Shown here: positions 22,069-32,946 of the stretch, piece by piece | Numbering within the stretch: the stretch's first letter is position 1 | How the letters are laid out: each line of letters starts with the position of its first letter | Origin: an uncultured bacterium | GTDB lineage: Bacteria > Fidelibacterota > UBA2242 | Direction of reading: 5' to 3' | NCBI GenBank assembly: GCA_964605705.1 | Contig: CAZSDW010000001.1 | Location: 70,007 to 134,006 of the forward strand | DNA length: 64,000 nucleotides | Translations under genes and position numbers: made by a program | The notes under the pieces: generated by a model | The model's database searches: none | The model's input: the letters and a program-made list of their open reading frames with translations, nothing else | What the model was told of the DNA's origin: nothing

Positions 22069-22821
22069 ATGGGAAAATGGACAGGGACAATCATTGGTAG
22101 CGGCATCGGATGGGCGCTGTTTGGACCGCTGGGCGCGATCTTTGGTGCCTATATCGGAAGTATGTTCAGTGATCCGCAAAAGCAGGACGGATATTATCAA
22201 AGGACAATTCACAGTAGCGGCGGATCTCCCTATGGTGACACCCGGGCGGGCGATTTTGCCGTGGCGATGCTATCCCTGTTTGCGTATGTCAGCAAGTCAG
22301 ACCGAACCGTACGATCTTCAGAAGTGCAATATGTAAAAAAATATCTCATCAGTAAGTTTGGTCAAAGCAACGCCCAGGATCTTTTGTATTTATACAGGGA
22401 GATTCTGAAAAAGGACTTTAACATTCATGATATTGCCAGACAAATCAGTCAGCATATGGACTACTATTCGCGCCTGGAACTGGTGCATGTTTTGTATGGG
22501 ATTGCCGGTGCCGACAATGTGTTTCAAAAATCCGAATTACAGGCAATTCAGGATATTTGCAGCGGGCTGGGAATTTCTGCCAAGGACCACGATTCAATAA
22601 AGTCTATTTTCATTGGAACAAGTAATCAGTCCTATGGAATTCTGAATGTCAGACCGGAGGATGATACGGATACCATCAAAAAGGCGTATCGGGAGCTTGC
22701 GGTAAAGTATCACCCGGACAAGGTTGCAAGCCTGGGGCCTGAAATTCAGAAACTTGCCGAGGAAAAATTTAAATCAATCAATGATGCCTACCAGACGATC
22801 CGCAAGGAAAGAGGATTTTAA
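22069..22821 (+). CDS. djlA: DnaJ-like membrane protein DjlA homolog (TM + TerB-like + C-terminal J domain)
   Basis: N-terminal [28 protein letters not shown]-terminal [19 protein letters not shown]-domain with HPD. ATG at 22069 preferred over TTG at 22051. Confidence 0.6.
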   Translation: MGKWTGTIIGSGIGWALFGPLGAIFGAYIGSMFSDPQKQDGYYQRTIHSSGGSPYGDTRAGDFAVAMLSLFAYVSKSDRTVRSSEVQYVKKYLISKFGQSNAQDLLYLYREILKKDFNIHDIARQISQHMDYYSRLELVHVLYGIAGADNVFQKSELQAIQDICSGLGISAKDHDSIKSIFIGTSNQSYGILNVRPEDDTDTIKKAYRELAVKYHPDKVASLGPEIQKLAEEKFKSINDAYQTIRKERGF

Positions 22822-22836
22822 TCCATTTGTCAGTAT

Positions 22837-23628
22837 ATGAAATCTGTCATATTTGAGCGTTTTACGATACCGGGGGAAATGAAAATTCTTCGGTCGGAGA
22901 TCCTATATATAAAAACAATAGATTCTACAAACGCTTGCCTGTTGGGTGAAGAATTTACTGAAAACGGGACGATATTGTTGGCAGATTATCAGACTGCGGG
23001 ACGGGGACGTTTTAGCCGGACATGGAAAAGCCCGGCGGCGGAGTCGCTGTTGTTTTCAGTGCTGTTGACCAACTTTATGTCAAACAAAAAGATTTATATT
23101 TATACTTTTCTGGCGGCGGTTGCCGCATTTTCTGCATTAAAGAAACATATTTCTGAAGATCACCACTTGTCTCTGAAATGGCCAAATGATGTCTTGCTGG
23201 ATGGGTACAAACTGTGCGGGATCCTGGTTCAGGGCAGAATGTCCGGTGCGGTCCAGGCGCGACTTGTTATCGGGATTGGCATCAATGTTAATCAGCCCCG
23301 GGAGTATTTTTCTGGAGATTTATCCAATGGGACCTCTCTGTTTGCCGCTACGGGACAGCGCTATAATCGGGAACTCATTCTCTCGACGGTTTTAAAACAA
23401 TTGGACAGACAATTGATTTTATTGCAGGATAATGGAGAATCGCTTATTTTAAGTCAATGGAGAATGGCTTGTGACTCAATCGGGAAAATGATAGCCGTGG
23501 ATGATGGACAAAAGATATACGGTGGTGTCTTTAAAGATATCAGCAGGGACGGCAGCCTGATCCTGGACACCGGTTCAAAAGAACTGTTTTTTCGTGCTGG
23601 TGACGTCACCATTTTAAAAGGAAAATAG
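22837..23628 (+). CDS. birA: Biotin--[acetyl-CoA-carboxylase] ligase (group I, no DNA-binding domain)
   Basis: LADYQTAGRGRFSRTWKSP signature. 263 aa. Adjacent to coaX as in many genomes. Confidence 0.8.
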   Translation: MKSVIFERFTIPGEMKILRSEILYIKTIDSTNACLLGEEFTENGTILLADYQTAGRGRFSRTWKSPAAESLLFSVLLTNFMSNKKIYIYTFLAAVAAFSALKKHISEDHHLSLKWPNDVLLDGYKLCGILVQGRMSGAVQARLVIGIGINVNQPREYFSGDLSNGTSLFAATGQRYNRELILSTVLKQLDRQLILLQDNGESLILSQWRMACDSIGKMIAVDDGQKIYGGVFKDISRDGSLILDTGSKELFFRAGDVTILKGK

Positions 23629-23629
23629 T

Positions 23630-24397
23630 ATGATTCTGGTTATCGATATTGGCAATACGAACACGGTGGTTGGTTTTTATAAAAATGGGAAAATACTGAA
23701 AAACTGGCGGCTCGTCAGCTCGCATACAAGGACAGTTGACGAATACTGGATAATGGTCAAACTTCTCTGCGATTCGGTCAATATTCACGCCGGCGATGTT
23801 CGTGGAATTATTATCAGCTCGGTAGTTCCCGAGCTGACCAATAGTTTCATTAAAATGAGTAAGGTTCACTTCAATATTGAGCCGATGGTGGTTACAAATG
23901 ATCTGAATTTAGGGCTGAAACTTTTAGTCCGGGAACCGAAACAGATTGGTGCGGACAGAATTTGCAACATTGTTGCCGCAAAAAAATTGTATTCCTTGCC
24001 CTTGATTGTTGTCGATCTGGGCACGGCGACAACATTTGATGTATTGAATAGCGCGGGAAATTATATCGGCGGTTCGATTTCACCGGGACTGGTGACCGGC
24101 GCATTGGAACTGATTCGCAAAGCCGCTCAGTTGCACGACATTGAACCCGTATATCCCCAGAATATTATTGGCAAAACCACCAAAGAGCACCTCCAGGGAG
24201 GAATCTTTGTTGGGCATATTGCGATGATCGAAGGTATGGTAGAGAGAATCAAAACGGAATTATCGACACAATCGGTTTATGTCATCGCCACCGGTGGTTT
24301 TTCAGAGGAACTTGCTGCCCATACGGATAAGATTGATACGACAAATATAAACCTGACCCTGGAAGGCTTACAGATTATTTATCATTTGAATAAATAA
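23630..24397 (+). CDS. coaX: Type III pantothenate kinase
   Basis: MILVIDIGNTNTVVGF…, GADRI and VVDLGTATTFD motifs. 255 aa. Confidence 0.85.
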   Translation: MILVIDIGNTNTVVGFYKNGKILKNWRLVSSHTRTVDEYWIMVKLLCDSVNIHAGDVRGIIISSVVPELTNSFIKMSKVHFNIEPMVVTNDLNLGLKLLVREPKQIGADRICNIVAAKKLYSLPLIVVDLGTATTFDVLNSAGNYIGGSISPGLVTGALELIRKAAQLHDIEPVYPQNIIGKTTKEHLQGGIFVGHIAMIEGMVERIKTELSTQSVYVIATGGFSEELAAHTDKIDTTNINLTLEGLQIIYHLNK

Positions 24398-24448
24398 CCA
24401 ATAGCGGGAATATTTTCAAAAAGATGTTATTTTTGATTCAGAGGGAAA

Positions 24449-24835
24449 ATGGAATTTTCAAGGAATATCTATTTCTTCTTATATCGTAACCGGCGATTTA
24501 TAATTACCTGGTTGATTATTATTTTCGCGATAATCATGGGGCTTTATCTGGGAGTTGATAAAGAGGCGATTGCCGTTGGCGTGGTTATTTTTGGAATACT
24601 TGCCAATGCCTTCGCAGGACTTGCCGGGCTGATTGCCATGGTTCCCTTTGTTGGACCGATCCTTATAAAAATCCTGTCGTTGCCGATTTTCTGGCTGCTT
24701 AATGCCATGGGATACTATGTGTCTGTCATTGCAATAAAAAGGGGCTACGGGCGCGACGTAGTCAGCTACCGGATGATTACAGTGATTTTTCTGGTCGGTT
24801 TTGCGGTCGGTTTTATAATTGCCAAATTAATTTGA
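24449..24835 (+). CDS. Small integral membrane protein (3-4 TM), unknown function
   Basis: Hydrophobic segments. No recognisable motif. Confidence 0.4.
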   Translation: MEFSRNIYFFLYRNRRFIITWLIIIFAIIMGLYLGVDKEAIAVGVVIFGILANAFAGLAGLIAMVPFVGPILIKILSLPIFWLLNAMGYYVSVIAIKRGYGRDVVSYRMITVIFLVGFAVGFIIAKLI

Positions 24836-26629
24836 TGATACAAGAACATCTGCTGTAATTATTTTATCACCTTTTTTAATTTTCAAAACAACATCCATTC
24901 CTTCAATTACTTCACCGAATCGCGAATAATTATAATCAAGGTGATATTGAGGGGAAGTCGTGATAAAAAATTGTGATCCCTCAGTATCCGGACCGGCATT
25001 TGCCATCCCAACCGATCCCGTGTCATATCCCAGCGGTGATTTTTCGGTTAAAAGATGATAACCGGGTCCACTCCAGCCATCGCCTCGCGGATCACCACCC
25101 TGAACAACAAAATTTGGAATTACCCGGTGAAATATCAAACCATTGTAAAATCCAGAATCCACCCGATTCAGAAAAGCATCGACAGTGAAAGGGGTAAAAT
25201 ATCCGTCACAGCGAATACTAAACGCCCCGCGATTTGTCATTATTCGGACAACCGGCTTGAGACCGTATTGTCTGATTTTTGAAAGATTGGAATATAAATA
25301 CGGATCATCGACATCAGTTGGTTTGGGAATATTCAGAGAATATGTTTCGGTCAAAATTCGGTATGCTTCGTCGCGCAACAGCTTCTGGTGGGATTTTAAA
25401 AGTGGATACAATTGAGTTGGTGCATCGGGCGGTGTCAATTTTTCTATTGCCCGAAGCACCATTGCGGTCGATTCCTGAAAACGGAACTCACGATTGTTGT
25501 CCAGGCATGAGTAGAGATGTGTTTTTAAAACGGATCCTTTTTGGGGAGATTCGAAAATGTGGTCAGCCGCTATATATATTTGCACGGGATCATGACTATT
25601 TAATCCATGAATAAGTACATTGATGTACTCGTTATCAGTAATCGTATTTGAAGAAATCAGGGAATCAAGCATTGATACTAATCCGATATATGCCGCCGAT
25701 GACACTGTCGGCAAACGATGATTAGACAGAAAAAGTAATTCTGAGAAGCTGTCTCTGCTTATCTGTGCAGATAATCCGGTCGCTTTAAAAGGCAATAGGA
25801 GATCGTCAATTGTAAGTGAATCACGCAGATCATTGAGAATTGAGTCCGGGCGTGAAAAAACTATCTGGACCATTGTGCTTCGCACCGAGACAGACCCGGA
25901 ATTGAACAGCGAATCCAGCAGAGCAATAGTCTGCTCATTAAATTGCATAATCTGAGGCGTGTTTTGTAATGCCGCCGCAACCACGTGGGGATTGACATCA
26001 CGTAGCGCATCGAGCCAGAGCGCATTACTTTCCGGTAAAGATTCCAGAATCAGGGCTGCTTCATAGCGAACGCGCCACTCGGTATCATTCATCAGCTGCC
26101 GATAGAGATCATCTTTTTCCGGGAAATCCACCTGCCGTAAAATTCTGGCTATTGATTGACGCACAAAAGGATCGGGATTACCAGCAAAATGTAGAAGCTT
26201 GTCAATATAAGGGACTAAGTTTTCATGAGATGGAATACGTTGCAATGCGATTGCAGCCATTTGGCGAGCAGTAGAATTTTTTGAGTCAAGGAAACCGATA
26301 CAGTCTTTTACCAGCTTATCGGAAACCACTCCTCTCGAGAAAAAATAAATATAGGAGTGAATCAGAGTTATGTCTAAAGATGTCGATTGAAAATGATCGT
26401 ATAGAAATAATGCTGTCTTCAAATCTCCGATTTTTCCGAGCGACAAAATCATTTGGCATTGAACTTCTTTATCATGTTCAACAAGCACCTGCCCGGAGAG
26501 AATTCCAATGGCGGAAGAACTTTGCAGCTGTCCCAGGGCAAATGCAGCGCCCTGCCGGACCAGCGGAGAAGGGTCATTTAAATAGCTTTTTAATTGTGGG
26601 ACTAGAGTAGTGTCCCGGCTATTTGCCAC
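24827..26629 (-). CDS. HEAT/PBS-lyase-repeat protein fused to a C-terminal cyclophilin-type peptidyl-prolyl isomerase
   Basis: C-terminus FHRVIPNFVVQGGDP…GYHLL…GSQFFIT is cyclophilin. N-terminal PSPLVRQGAAFALGQL-type HEAT repeats. Confidence 0.7.
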   Translation of the reverse strand: MANSRDTTLVPQLKSYLNDPSPLVRQGAAFALGQLQSSSAIGILSGQVLVEHDKEVQCQMILSLGKIGDLKTALFLYDHFQSTSLDITLIHSYIYFFSRGVVSDKLVKDCIGFLDSKNSTARQMAAIALQRIPSHENLVPYIDKLLHFAGNPDPFVRQSIARILRQVDFPEKDDLYRQLMNDTEWRVRYEAALILESLPESNALWLDALRDVNPHVVAAALQNTPQIMQFNEQTIALLDSLFNSGSVSVRSTMVQIVFSRPDSILNDLRDSLTIDDLLLPFKATGLSAQISRDSFSELLFLSNHRLPTVSSAAYIGLVSMLDSLISSNTITDNEYINVLIHGLNSHDPVQIYIAADHIFESPQKGSVLKTHLYSCLDNNREFRFQESTAMVLRAIEKLTPPDAPTQLYPLLKSHQKLLRDEAYRILTETYSLNIPKPTDVDDPYLYSNLSKIRQYGLKPVVRIMTNRGAFSIRCDGYFTPFTVDAFLNRVDSGFYNGLIFHRVIPNFVVQGGDPRGDGWSGPGYHLLTEKSPLGYDTGSVGMANAGPDTEGSQFFITTSPQYHLDYNYSRFGEVIEGMDVVLKIKKGDKIITADVLVSSN

Positions 26630-26824
26630 AGCCAGACAAAGACGGTAACGCTCTTTGGGTAATTGGTGTGGACCGGTATTTTCAAGGAGCGATTGGATTT
26701 GGTGACTATTTTGAAATTTGAGGATTGACCGCTCATTTGCGGGAAAGGGACTTTCAGTGCAAGAATTAAAAAGGGGAAACAGTGCTATCCAGAGAATAGC
26801 TACCAGAGAAAAATTTTTAATTAT

Positions 26825-29035
26825 TTATTCTCCCCAAAATGAAGATATATACATACCGGCACCAAGTCCGCATAACGGGACTGTTCCTGAATAATCAGAG
26901 CCGGACGAGTAATATTCCGGTATTAGCCCATAGTTGTTTAACGCTTGCCCGACGATCCAGTTTTGAAGATTTTTGGCTTTGTTAAAATTGGTCATATGTT
27001 GATTAAGCGAAGTGATGAGAATGTTTCCAAACAGCCATTCGCGGGCGGGTTTATTTTTGTTTTTGGGAAAGCGGCTGAAACCATTACCGGCAGCCAGATT
27101 TTTTTCAAATATAGCAAGCGTTCCCTTACTGATATAGTCCTGGGGTGTATATACCCATAATAAGCCAAGGGCGGTCACCGCATCTATGGCGATTTCATTG
27201 CCTTCAAGAAAGGATTTGATAGCGTTCAGATCCTCGTCGGAGAAACATGTTTCGATGTGCTGTCGTAAGGTAATGGCAATATTTTCATATGTTGATGCTC
27301 GCGCTTCGTCGTTGACCATACGAGCGAGCCAAACTGCATCAACCAAGCCCCGACAGGCACAAACCGAACTATAAAAATAATGTTTCGGAACCCCGGCATT
27401 AAAAAAACCATTATCAGCTCGGATTAATCCGGTTTTATCAATATTACCCACCAGAACATCTGCAATTTCTGTGGATATTTTAGGCCAGTAATATTCCAGA
27501 AACCGGACATCGCCGGTTGTTTCAATATACTGTTTCAGATTCCAGAGCGTGATACCGAAATTACCGAAGTAAATTACGGGACCAAATTCGTTTGTTTCGG
27601 TGGCTTCGGTTCCATCACCAAAATAGTAGTTACTGGTCACAGAATAATCTTGTCCGATTCCCTGTGCCTCGCCCGCACCGCTGTAGTGTTTTAAATAACC
27701 GCACCGTCCGTTAAAGATAAACTGAAGCGCGGCGAGGGCTTCTTCTTCGTGCCCGGATTTTAAAAAGGCGTCTATGGAAAATCCCATTCCCGCCAGTGTG
27801 GTTACCGCCATTTTATTGGGCGGGAAACTGTGAACGATTTGTCCGCGGGCAGGAAATCGCTCGCGACACTGCGCCATTTTTAATATAGCTAGAGACTGGA
27901 TATAAATGGTAGCTTCTGCGGTTGAGATATTGGGCGGAAGCACCGTGGTTTTCTGCCAGTTTTTCCACCATTCAATTTCGCTGATTAATGCCGAAAAACC
28001 GGGATTTTCATTTTTGTATTTAAGGATACTATTAAAGGATTTAGTTGGCGCTATTTCATCGTAGCTACATACGACTAGGAGCCATTTTCGATTGCCCTCC
28101 TGAAATGACCACTTGCCGACACTTAAAGAGGGATCGACATCATTAATGACAAAATTGAGCGAGTAATTTTCGAGAGAATTTCCACTGAGAACGGCATAAA
28201 ATATCCAGAACGGCTTGTCCAGCGTGAACGGCGCAAAGGCATACTGATCCAGGATAAAATCTTTCCCTGCCATGGAATGATGAACGATACCGGTTCCCTC
28301 GATATATCCGGCGGATTTTGTTTGCAGATTTGTAAGATCGATTTCGCGGCGGTTTTTAAACAGGATTGTGCGGGCGGAAGAAGCAATAATCGGGACACTC
28401 TCCCGTGCACTTATCTGGGAATAGATATGAGGCGAGAAGCCGGAAAACTCGCGAATCTTTGTATCATAAGTGGCAACCACCAAACCGTTACTGAACGGTA
28501 ATCTGGACCAGGATTGCTTGGGAGAATAATCATGTTTTTCGCTCTTTGGCAAAGGCGCGGTTGTTGATATTTTTACCGGTCCGCTTAATATGCCTCCCGG
28601 TCCATCGTGATTATTGAACTGAATTGCCAGAATATTGTTCGCCAGTAGAATATTTTTGGGAAATTTATAAAATACGGTTTTTGTTGAGTCAAAAGCACGG
28701 GGGCTTGGACATAGCGCCATGCCGTTAATAAAAGGCAAGATGGCATCATTTGTTTTTCCAAGATACAGAAACAGGGAATCGCCTGCGAGTTTGTTTATAT
28801 TGATTTTAAACTTGTGGCGATACCAGGCAATTCCGTCATAATTTGCAAATCCCTGATTTTCCCATGCCGCCGGAACAGTTATCGGATACCAGGCGGAATC
28901 GTTGAATTCAATGGACGCCCAGCTGCTGTCATCGCCGATATTAAACAACCAGGTGCCGTTAAGCAGGACATCGGCAAATCCAACGGTGAAAAGCGAGATA
29001 ATAACAATTGTCACGCGTAAATATTTCATTAGCAT
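26825..29035 (-). CDS. Secreted glycoside-hydrolase-like protein (N-terminal glycoside hydrolase family 2 (GH2)-type sugar-binding jelly roll + (alpha/alpha)6-barrel-like domain)
   Basis: Signal peptide. LNGTWLFNIGDD…WYPITVPAAWENQGF…YDGIAWYRHKF resembles the GH2 N-domain. Family assignment is uncertain. Confidence 0.4.
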   Translation of the reverse strand: MLMKYLRVTIVIISLFTVGFADVLLNGTWLFNIGDDSSWASIEFNDSAWYPITVPAAWENQGFANYDGIAWYRHKFKININKLAGDSLFLYLGKTNDAILPFINGMALCPSPRAFDSTKTVFYKFPKNILLANNILAIQFNNHDGPGGILSGPVKISTTAPLPKSEKHDYSPKQSWSRLPFSNGLVVATYDTKIREFSGFSPHIYSQISARESVPIIASSARTILFKNRREIDLTNLQTKSAGYIEGTGIVHHSMAGKDFILDQYAFAPFTLDKPFWIFYAVLSGNSLENYSLNFVINDVDPSLSVGKWSFQEGNRKWLLVVCSYDEIAPTKSFNSILKYKNENPGFSALISEIEWWKNWQKTTVLPPNISTAEATIYIQSLAILKMAQCRERFPARGQIVHSFPPNKMAVTTLAGMGFSIDAFLKSGHEEEALAALQFIFNGRCGYLKHYSGAGEAQGIGQDYSVTSNYYFGDGTEATETNEFGPVIYFGNFGITLWNLKQYIETTGDVRFLEYYWPKISTEIADVLVGNIDKTGLIRADNGFFNAGVPKHYFYSSVCACRGLVDAVWLARMVNDEARASTYENIAITLRQHIETCFSDEDLNAIKSFLEGNEIAIDAVTALGLLWVYTPQDYISKGTLAIFEKNLAAGNGFSRFPKNKNKPAREWLFGNILITSLNQHMTNFNKAKNLQNWIVGQALNNYGLIPEYYSSGSDYSGTVPLCGLGAGMYISSFWGE

Positions 29036-29324
29036 AAAATTACATTAATTTAGCGAAAACATCAAAAGTGTAATTTGGTTTTTTCATGTTTATTTTCTGT
29101 TGTCAAAACACCTTGATATTAGCACTGTTTCGTGATTAAACCAATCTACCTCAAGTTAGAAATATTTAGATTTCAATAGTAAAATACCAGACAGGTATCA
29201 AGATACAAAAAGAATTATTTTAAGGGAATGGTTTTTATTGCCAAATTTGTTTTAATATTCTACTTTGCCAATTGCAATGATGATGAGGTTTCAATAGATT
29301 TAAAGGTGAATTATCGGAGCGCAT

Positions 29325-30047
29325 GTGTCTGTTAGTATATTGGTAAAATTCGATCAGACCATTCTGGAGCTGGTCAATGCCGGGAATTATGAACAGGCAC
29401 TTTGGGTGGCAGAGGAATCTTATGCGTATTCGAGAGACGCATTTGGAGAGATTCATCTGGAAACCGCCAAAACCCTGAATAATCTTGCCTGGCTATATGA
29501 TCTGAATCAGCGGTACGATGTGGCGGAAGCGTTTTATCTGCGGTCAATCGGTTTAAAAAAAGCGATTTGTGGAAAACAAAGCGTTGAATTGGTTCCCTCG
29601 CTGGAAAACCTGTATGCGCTTTATGTGTCACAGGGTAATTATAAAAAAGCCCGGTTTTTGTTAGAGGATCTGATTGAAATCGTTCAGGTCCAGCCGGAAC
29701 CGTGGCTGTTTCGTAAAGCGGTGTATTTGTCACAGTTGGCGGATATAAAAATATATCAGGGCGAAATGAGCGCGGCTGAAATTTTATATCATAAGTGCGC
29801 AGCGTTTATCGAATCAACGATGCCGCTTGATCACCCCAATCTTGGAAGAATTTTTGTGAATATTGCCGATTTCTATGCGAGTGTCGAAAATTATCGACGG
29901 GCACAAATTTATTATCAACGGGCATATGCGATTTTAACGAAAAAATTATCAAAGAAACACTCTGACATCCGATATGTCATCGAAAAAATGGCTGAGATTC
30001 GGACGCTGGCACCGGAGCTGCTCATTAAAACAAAAGGAAAGAACTAA
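29325..30047 (+). CDS. Tetratricopeptide-repeat protein
   Basis: Repeated A..Y…LA.LY…G.Y..A helical pairs. 240 aa. Confidence 0.55.
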   Translation: MSVSILVKFDQTILELVNAGNYEQALWVAEESYAYSRDAFGEIHLETAKTLNNLAWLYDLNQRYDVAEAFYLRSIGLKKAICGKQSVELVPSLENLYALYVSQGNYKKARFLLEDLIEIVQVQPEPWLFRKAVYLSQLADIKIYQGEMSAAEILYHKCAAFIESTMPLDHPNLGRIFVNIADFYASVENYRRAQIYYQRAYAILTKKLSKKHSDIRYVIEKMAEIRTLAPELLIKTKGKN

Positions 30048-30065
30048 CCGGATTTTCTGGGTACA

Positions 30066-31001
30066 ATGTATTTACTTTATTTTGTCGCCGGGTTTATACT
30101 TCTCTATTATGGGGCGGATTTTCTTGTTCGGGGCAGCGCTTCAATCGCAGTATCGCTGGGTGTAAAAAAGATCGTGGTTGGCTTGACACTGGTGGCATTG
30201 GGTACTTCAATGCCGGAATTTGTAGTAAGTTTTTTCGCAGCTCTTGAAAAGGCAGATGGCGTCAGTATTGGCAATATCGTCGGCAGCAACCTGGCAAATA
30301 TTCTGCTGGTACTGGGACTGTCTTCGGTGATTCGACCCATTCAGGTAAAAAGAAGGGTGTTTCTGCTGGAACTTCCGGTGCTGTTGCTGATTACGGGTAT
30401 GTTTGTTGTTTTTTGCATAGATGGTGCGCTTAATGGGTTGGAAGGTATCGTAATGATGGCCGTATTTGTGGTCTATATGACTTTTATCATTATCAATCGC
30501 AAAGTGCGCGAAGGGTCTGATGTTGAACTTATACCAATGGAAAAAGGACATATGGTCAAAAATGTATTTCTGTCGGCAATCGGTTTGGTCGGGCTTGTGG
30601 TCGGCGGACAATTGACCGTGCGCGGCGCAATTGGTCTTGCTCAGGCATTCGGAATTTCAGAAGTGATTATCGGGCTGACCGTTGTCGCATTAGGAACATC
30701 TCTGCCGGAATTGTTTACCAGTGTTGTGGCAGTCATTAAAAACGAGGACGAAATTTCGATTGGTAACATTATCGGGAGTAATCTTTTCAATGTAGCGTTT
30801 GTTTTGGGAATTATCCCCATGATCCATACTTTGAAAGTTGATGCGGGGATTGTTCGTTTTGAAAACATATTTTTGTTTTTCGTGACTGTTTTACTGTCGG
30901 TGTTTTTATTTATCGGGCGCAGTTTATCGAGAATTGAAGGAATAATCCTTCTGGTCCTCTATGTTCTGTTTATTTTGAACCTTATCTACAATTTTATATA
31001 A
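30066..31001 (+). CDS. CaCA-family Ca2+/Na+ (cation) antiporter (YrbG-like)
   Basis: Two alpha-repeats GTSMPEFVVS… and GTSLPELFTS…GNIIGSNLFN. 311 aa. Confidence 0.8.
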   Translation: MYLLYFVAGFILLYYGADFLVRGSASIAVSLGVKKIVVGLTLVALGTSMPEFVVSFFAALEKADGVSIGNIVGSNLANILLVLGLSSVIRPIQVKRRVFLLELPVLLLITGMFVVFCIDGALNGLEGIVMMAVFVVYMTFIIINRKVREGSDVELIPMEKGHMVKNVFLSAIGLVGLVVGGQLTVRGAIGLAQAFGISEVIIGLTVVALGTSLPELFTSVVAVIKNEDEISIGNIIGSNLFNVAFVLGIIPMIHTLKVDAGIVRFENIFLFFVTVLLSVFLFIGRSLSRIEGIILLVLYVLFILNLIYNFI

Positions 31002-31007
31002 ATTTCG

Positions 31008-31805
31008 ATGAAGATTGCAATTTATCAATTTGCTCCGTTGCGGGGAAATGTTGCGGGCAATATCGGAAAAATTGAGGCAGTATTAAGACAATATTCGGAT
31101 ATTGACCTGTGGGTTTTACCGGAACTGTCAACAACGGGATATTTGTTTGAAAACCGGACGGAGCTGTTGCCTCAGGCGGAGCAATTTCCAGGCGGCAGAA
31201 CCGGGCAATGGCTTAGCAAAATTACCGACCAGCTGAAAACGTCGATTGTTATCGGGGTTGCGGAAAAATACAACGCTCATCTTTTCAACAGTGCTGTTGT
31301 TTTTTCCAATGGCGAACAGATTGGACGGTATCGAAAAATTCATTTGTTTAGTGATGAGAAAGTGCTGTTTAGCGCCGGTGACGAACCACCACCGGTTGTT
31401 GAAATTGCCGGCGCTAAAGTAGGAATTATGATCTGTTTCGACTGGATTTACCCGGAGATATCTCGCACACTCGCCTTGAAAGGCGCCCAGCTAATCGCGC
31501 ACCCGGCGAACCTGGTACTGCCCTATTGTCCCGATGCCATGATTACACGCAGTATTGAAAACCGAGTGTTTACAGCGACGGCAAACCGGATCGGCTCGGA
31601 ACAATTGCCGGGTGGGCAGGAAATGAATTTTATTGGAAACAGCCAGATTACGGACATTCAGGGAAATCGTCTAGGGCGGCTTTCCGGGTCAGAAGAAGCC
31701 GTGCTGGTTGTTGAAATTGATACAGAGCAGGCAAATAATAAGCAAATAACTAATAGGAACGATCTGTTCGGAGATCGAAAACCGCATTTATACTTTAAGA
31801 ATTAG
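31008..31805 (+). CDS. Carbon-nitrogen hydrolase (nitrilase superfamily) enzyme
   Basis: E-K-C triad context LPEL…YRKIHLF…GIMICFD. Confidence 0.8.
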   Translation: MKIAIYQFAPLRGNVAGNIGKIEAVLRQYSDIDLWVLPELSTTGYLFENRTELLPQAEQFPGGRTGQWLSKITDQLKTSIVIGVAEKYNAHLFNSAVVFSNGEQIGRYRKIHLFSDEKVLFSAGDEPPPVVEIAGAKVGIMICFDWIYPEISRTLALKGAQLIAHPANLVLPYCPDAMITRSIENRVFTATANRIGSEQLPGGQEMNFIGNSQITDIQGNRLGRLSGSEEAVLVVEIDTEQANNKQITNRNDLFGDRKPHLYFKN

Positions 31806-31815
31806 GGGAGAAAAC

Positions 31816-32946
31816 TTGAAAAAAATAGTCGTTTTTGGTTCCGGAATGGTAGGTAGCGCGATAGCTATCGATTTGAATAAGCAATATGATGTTACGGTAG
31901 CGGATATTTGTGAAACAAATTTTGAAAAACTCCAGCGCCAGCAGGGAATACAGCTTGTAAAAGCAGATGTGACAAATTCGACGGCTCTTTCGGCGGTCAT
32001 CAAAGCTGCCGATCTGGTTATTTCGGCGGTCCCCGGCTCCATCGGTTTTAACACGTTGAAAAATGTGATCGAAAACAAAAAGAATGTTGTTGATATTGCC
32101 TTCTTTCCGGAAGACGCATTCAAACTCGACAAACTGGCAAAAAAGATGGGAGTAACGGCAATTGTCGATTGCGGCGTCGCGCCGGGTATGAGTAATTTAC
32201 TGCTGGGGTATCACAATAAGCAGATGTCTGTGGAAACCTTTGAGTGTCTGGTGGGCGGATTGCCGGTGAAGAGAAGCTTGCCCTATGAATATAAAGCGCC
32301 CTTTTCACCATCTGATGTGATTGAGGAGTATATTCGCCCAGCTCGTTTTGTTGAAAACGGAAAAATTGTGACAAGAGCGGCGCTGTCTGATCCGGAACTG
32401 GTGGAGTTTGAATCGATCGGCACTCTTGAGGCATTTAATACTGATGGATTGAGAAGTTTGATAAAGACAATAAAAGTTCCGAACATGAAAGAAAAAACGC
32501 TCCGGTACCCGGGACATATTGATATTATTCAGGTGCTCCGGGAAACGGGATTTTTCAATAGTAATGCCATTGATGTCAATGGTCAAAAAGTCGTTCCGCG
32601 CGATTTGAGTTCACAGTTGCTGTTCAAGTTATGGCGGCTGGAACCCGATGATGAGGAGTTCACGGTAATGCGGATCAGGATCAGTGGTATGGAAAATGGA
32701 AAACCCAAATCCTATATCTATAGCATGCTGGATCGGTTTGATATGGAAACCCGGACTTCTTCGATGGCACGCACCACCGGCTATACCTGTACGGCTGCCG
32801 CGAATCTGTTTTTAGAAGGCAAATATCAACGCAAGGGAATTAATCCACCGGAATTTATAGGCGAAGATTCTGATTGTGTCGATTATGTTCTTCAATATTT
32901 AGCGCACCGCAATATTTTTTATAAACGTATTGAAAAAAATGACTGA
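31816..32946 (+). CDS. Saccharopine-dehydrogenase-family NAD(P)-binding oxidoreductase
   Basis: MKKIVVFGSGMVGSAIAIDL Rossmann N-terminus. 376 aa. Confidence 0.7.
   Translation: MKKIVVFGSGMVGSAIAIDLNKQYDVTVADICETNFEKLQRQQGIQLVKADVTNSTALSAVIKAADLVISAVPGSIGFNTLKNVIENKKNVVDIAFFPEDAFKLDKLAKKMGVTAIVDCGVAPGMSNLLLGYHNKQMSVETFECLVGGLPVKRSLPYEYKAPFSPSDVIEEYIRPARFVENGKIVTRAALSDPELVEFESIGTLEAFNTDGLRSLIKTIKVPNMKEKTLRYPGHIDIIQVLRETGFFNSNAIDVNGQKVVPRDLSSQLLFKLWRLEPDDEEFTVMRIRISGMENGKPKSYIYSMLDRFDMETRTSSMARTTGYTCTAAANLFLEGKYQRKGINPPEFIGEDSDCVDYVLQYLAHRNIFYKRIEKND

Noticed and set aside
22094-22336. Overlapping alternative-frame ORF inside djlA
   Set aside because: The DjlA frame carries the TM and J-domain, so the alternative frame is spurious.
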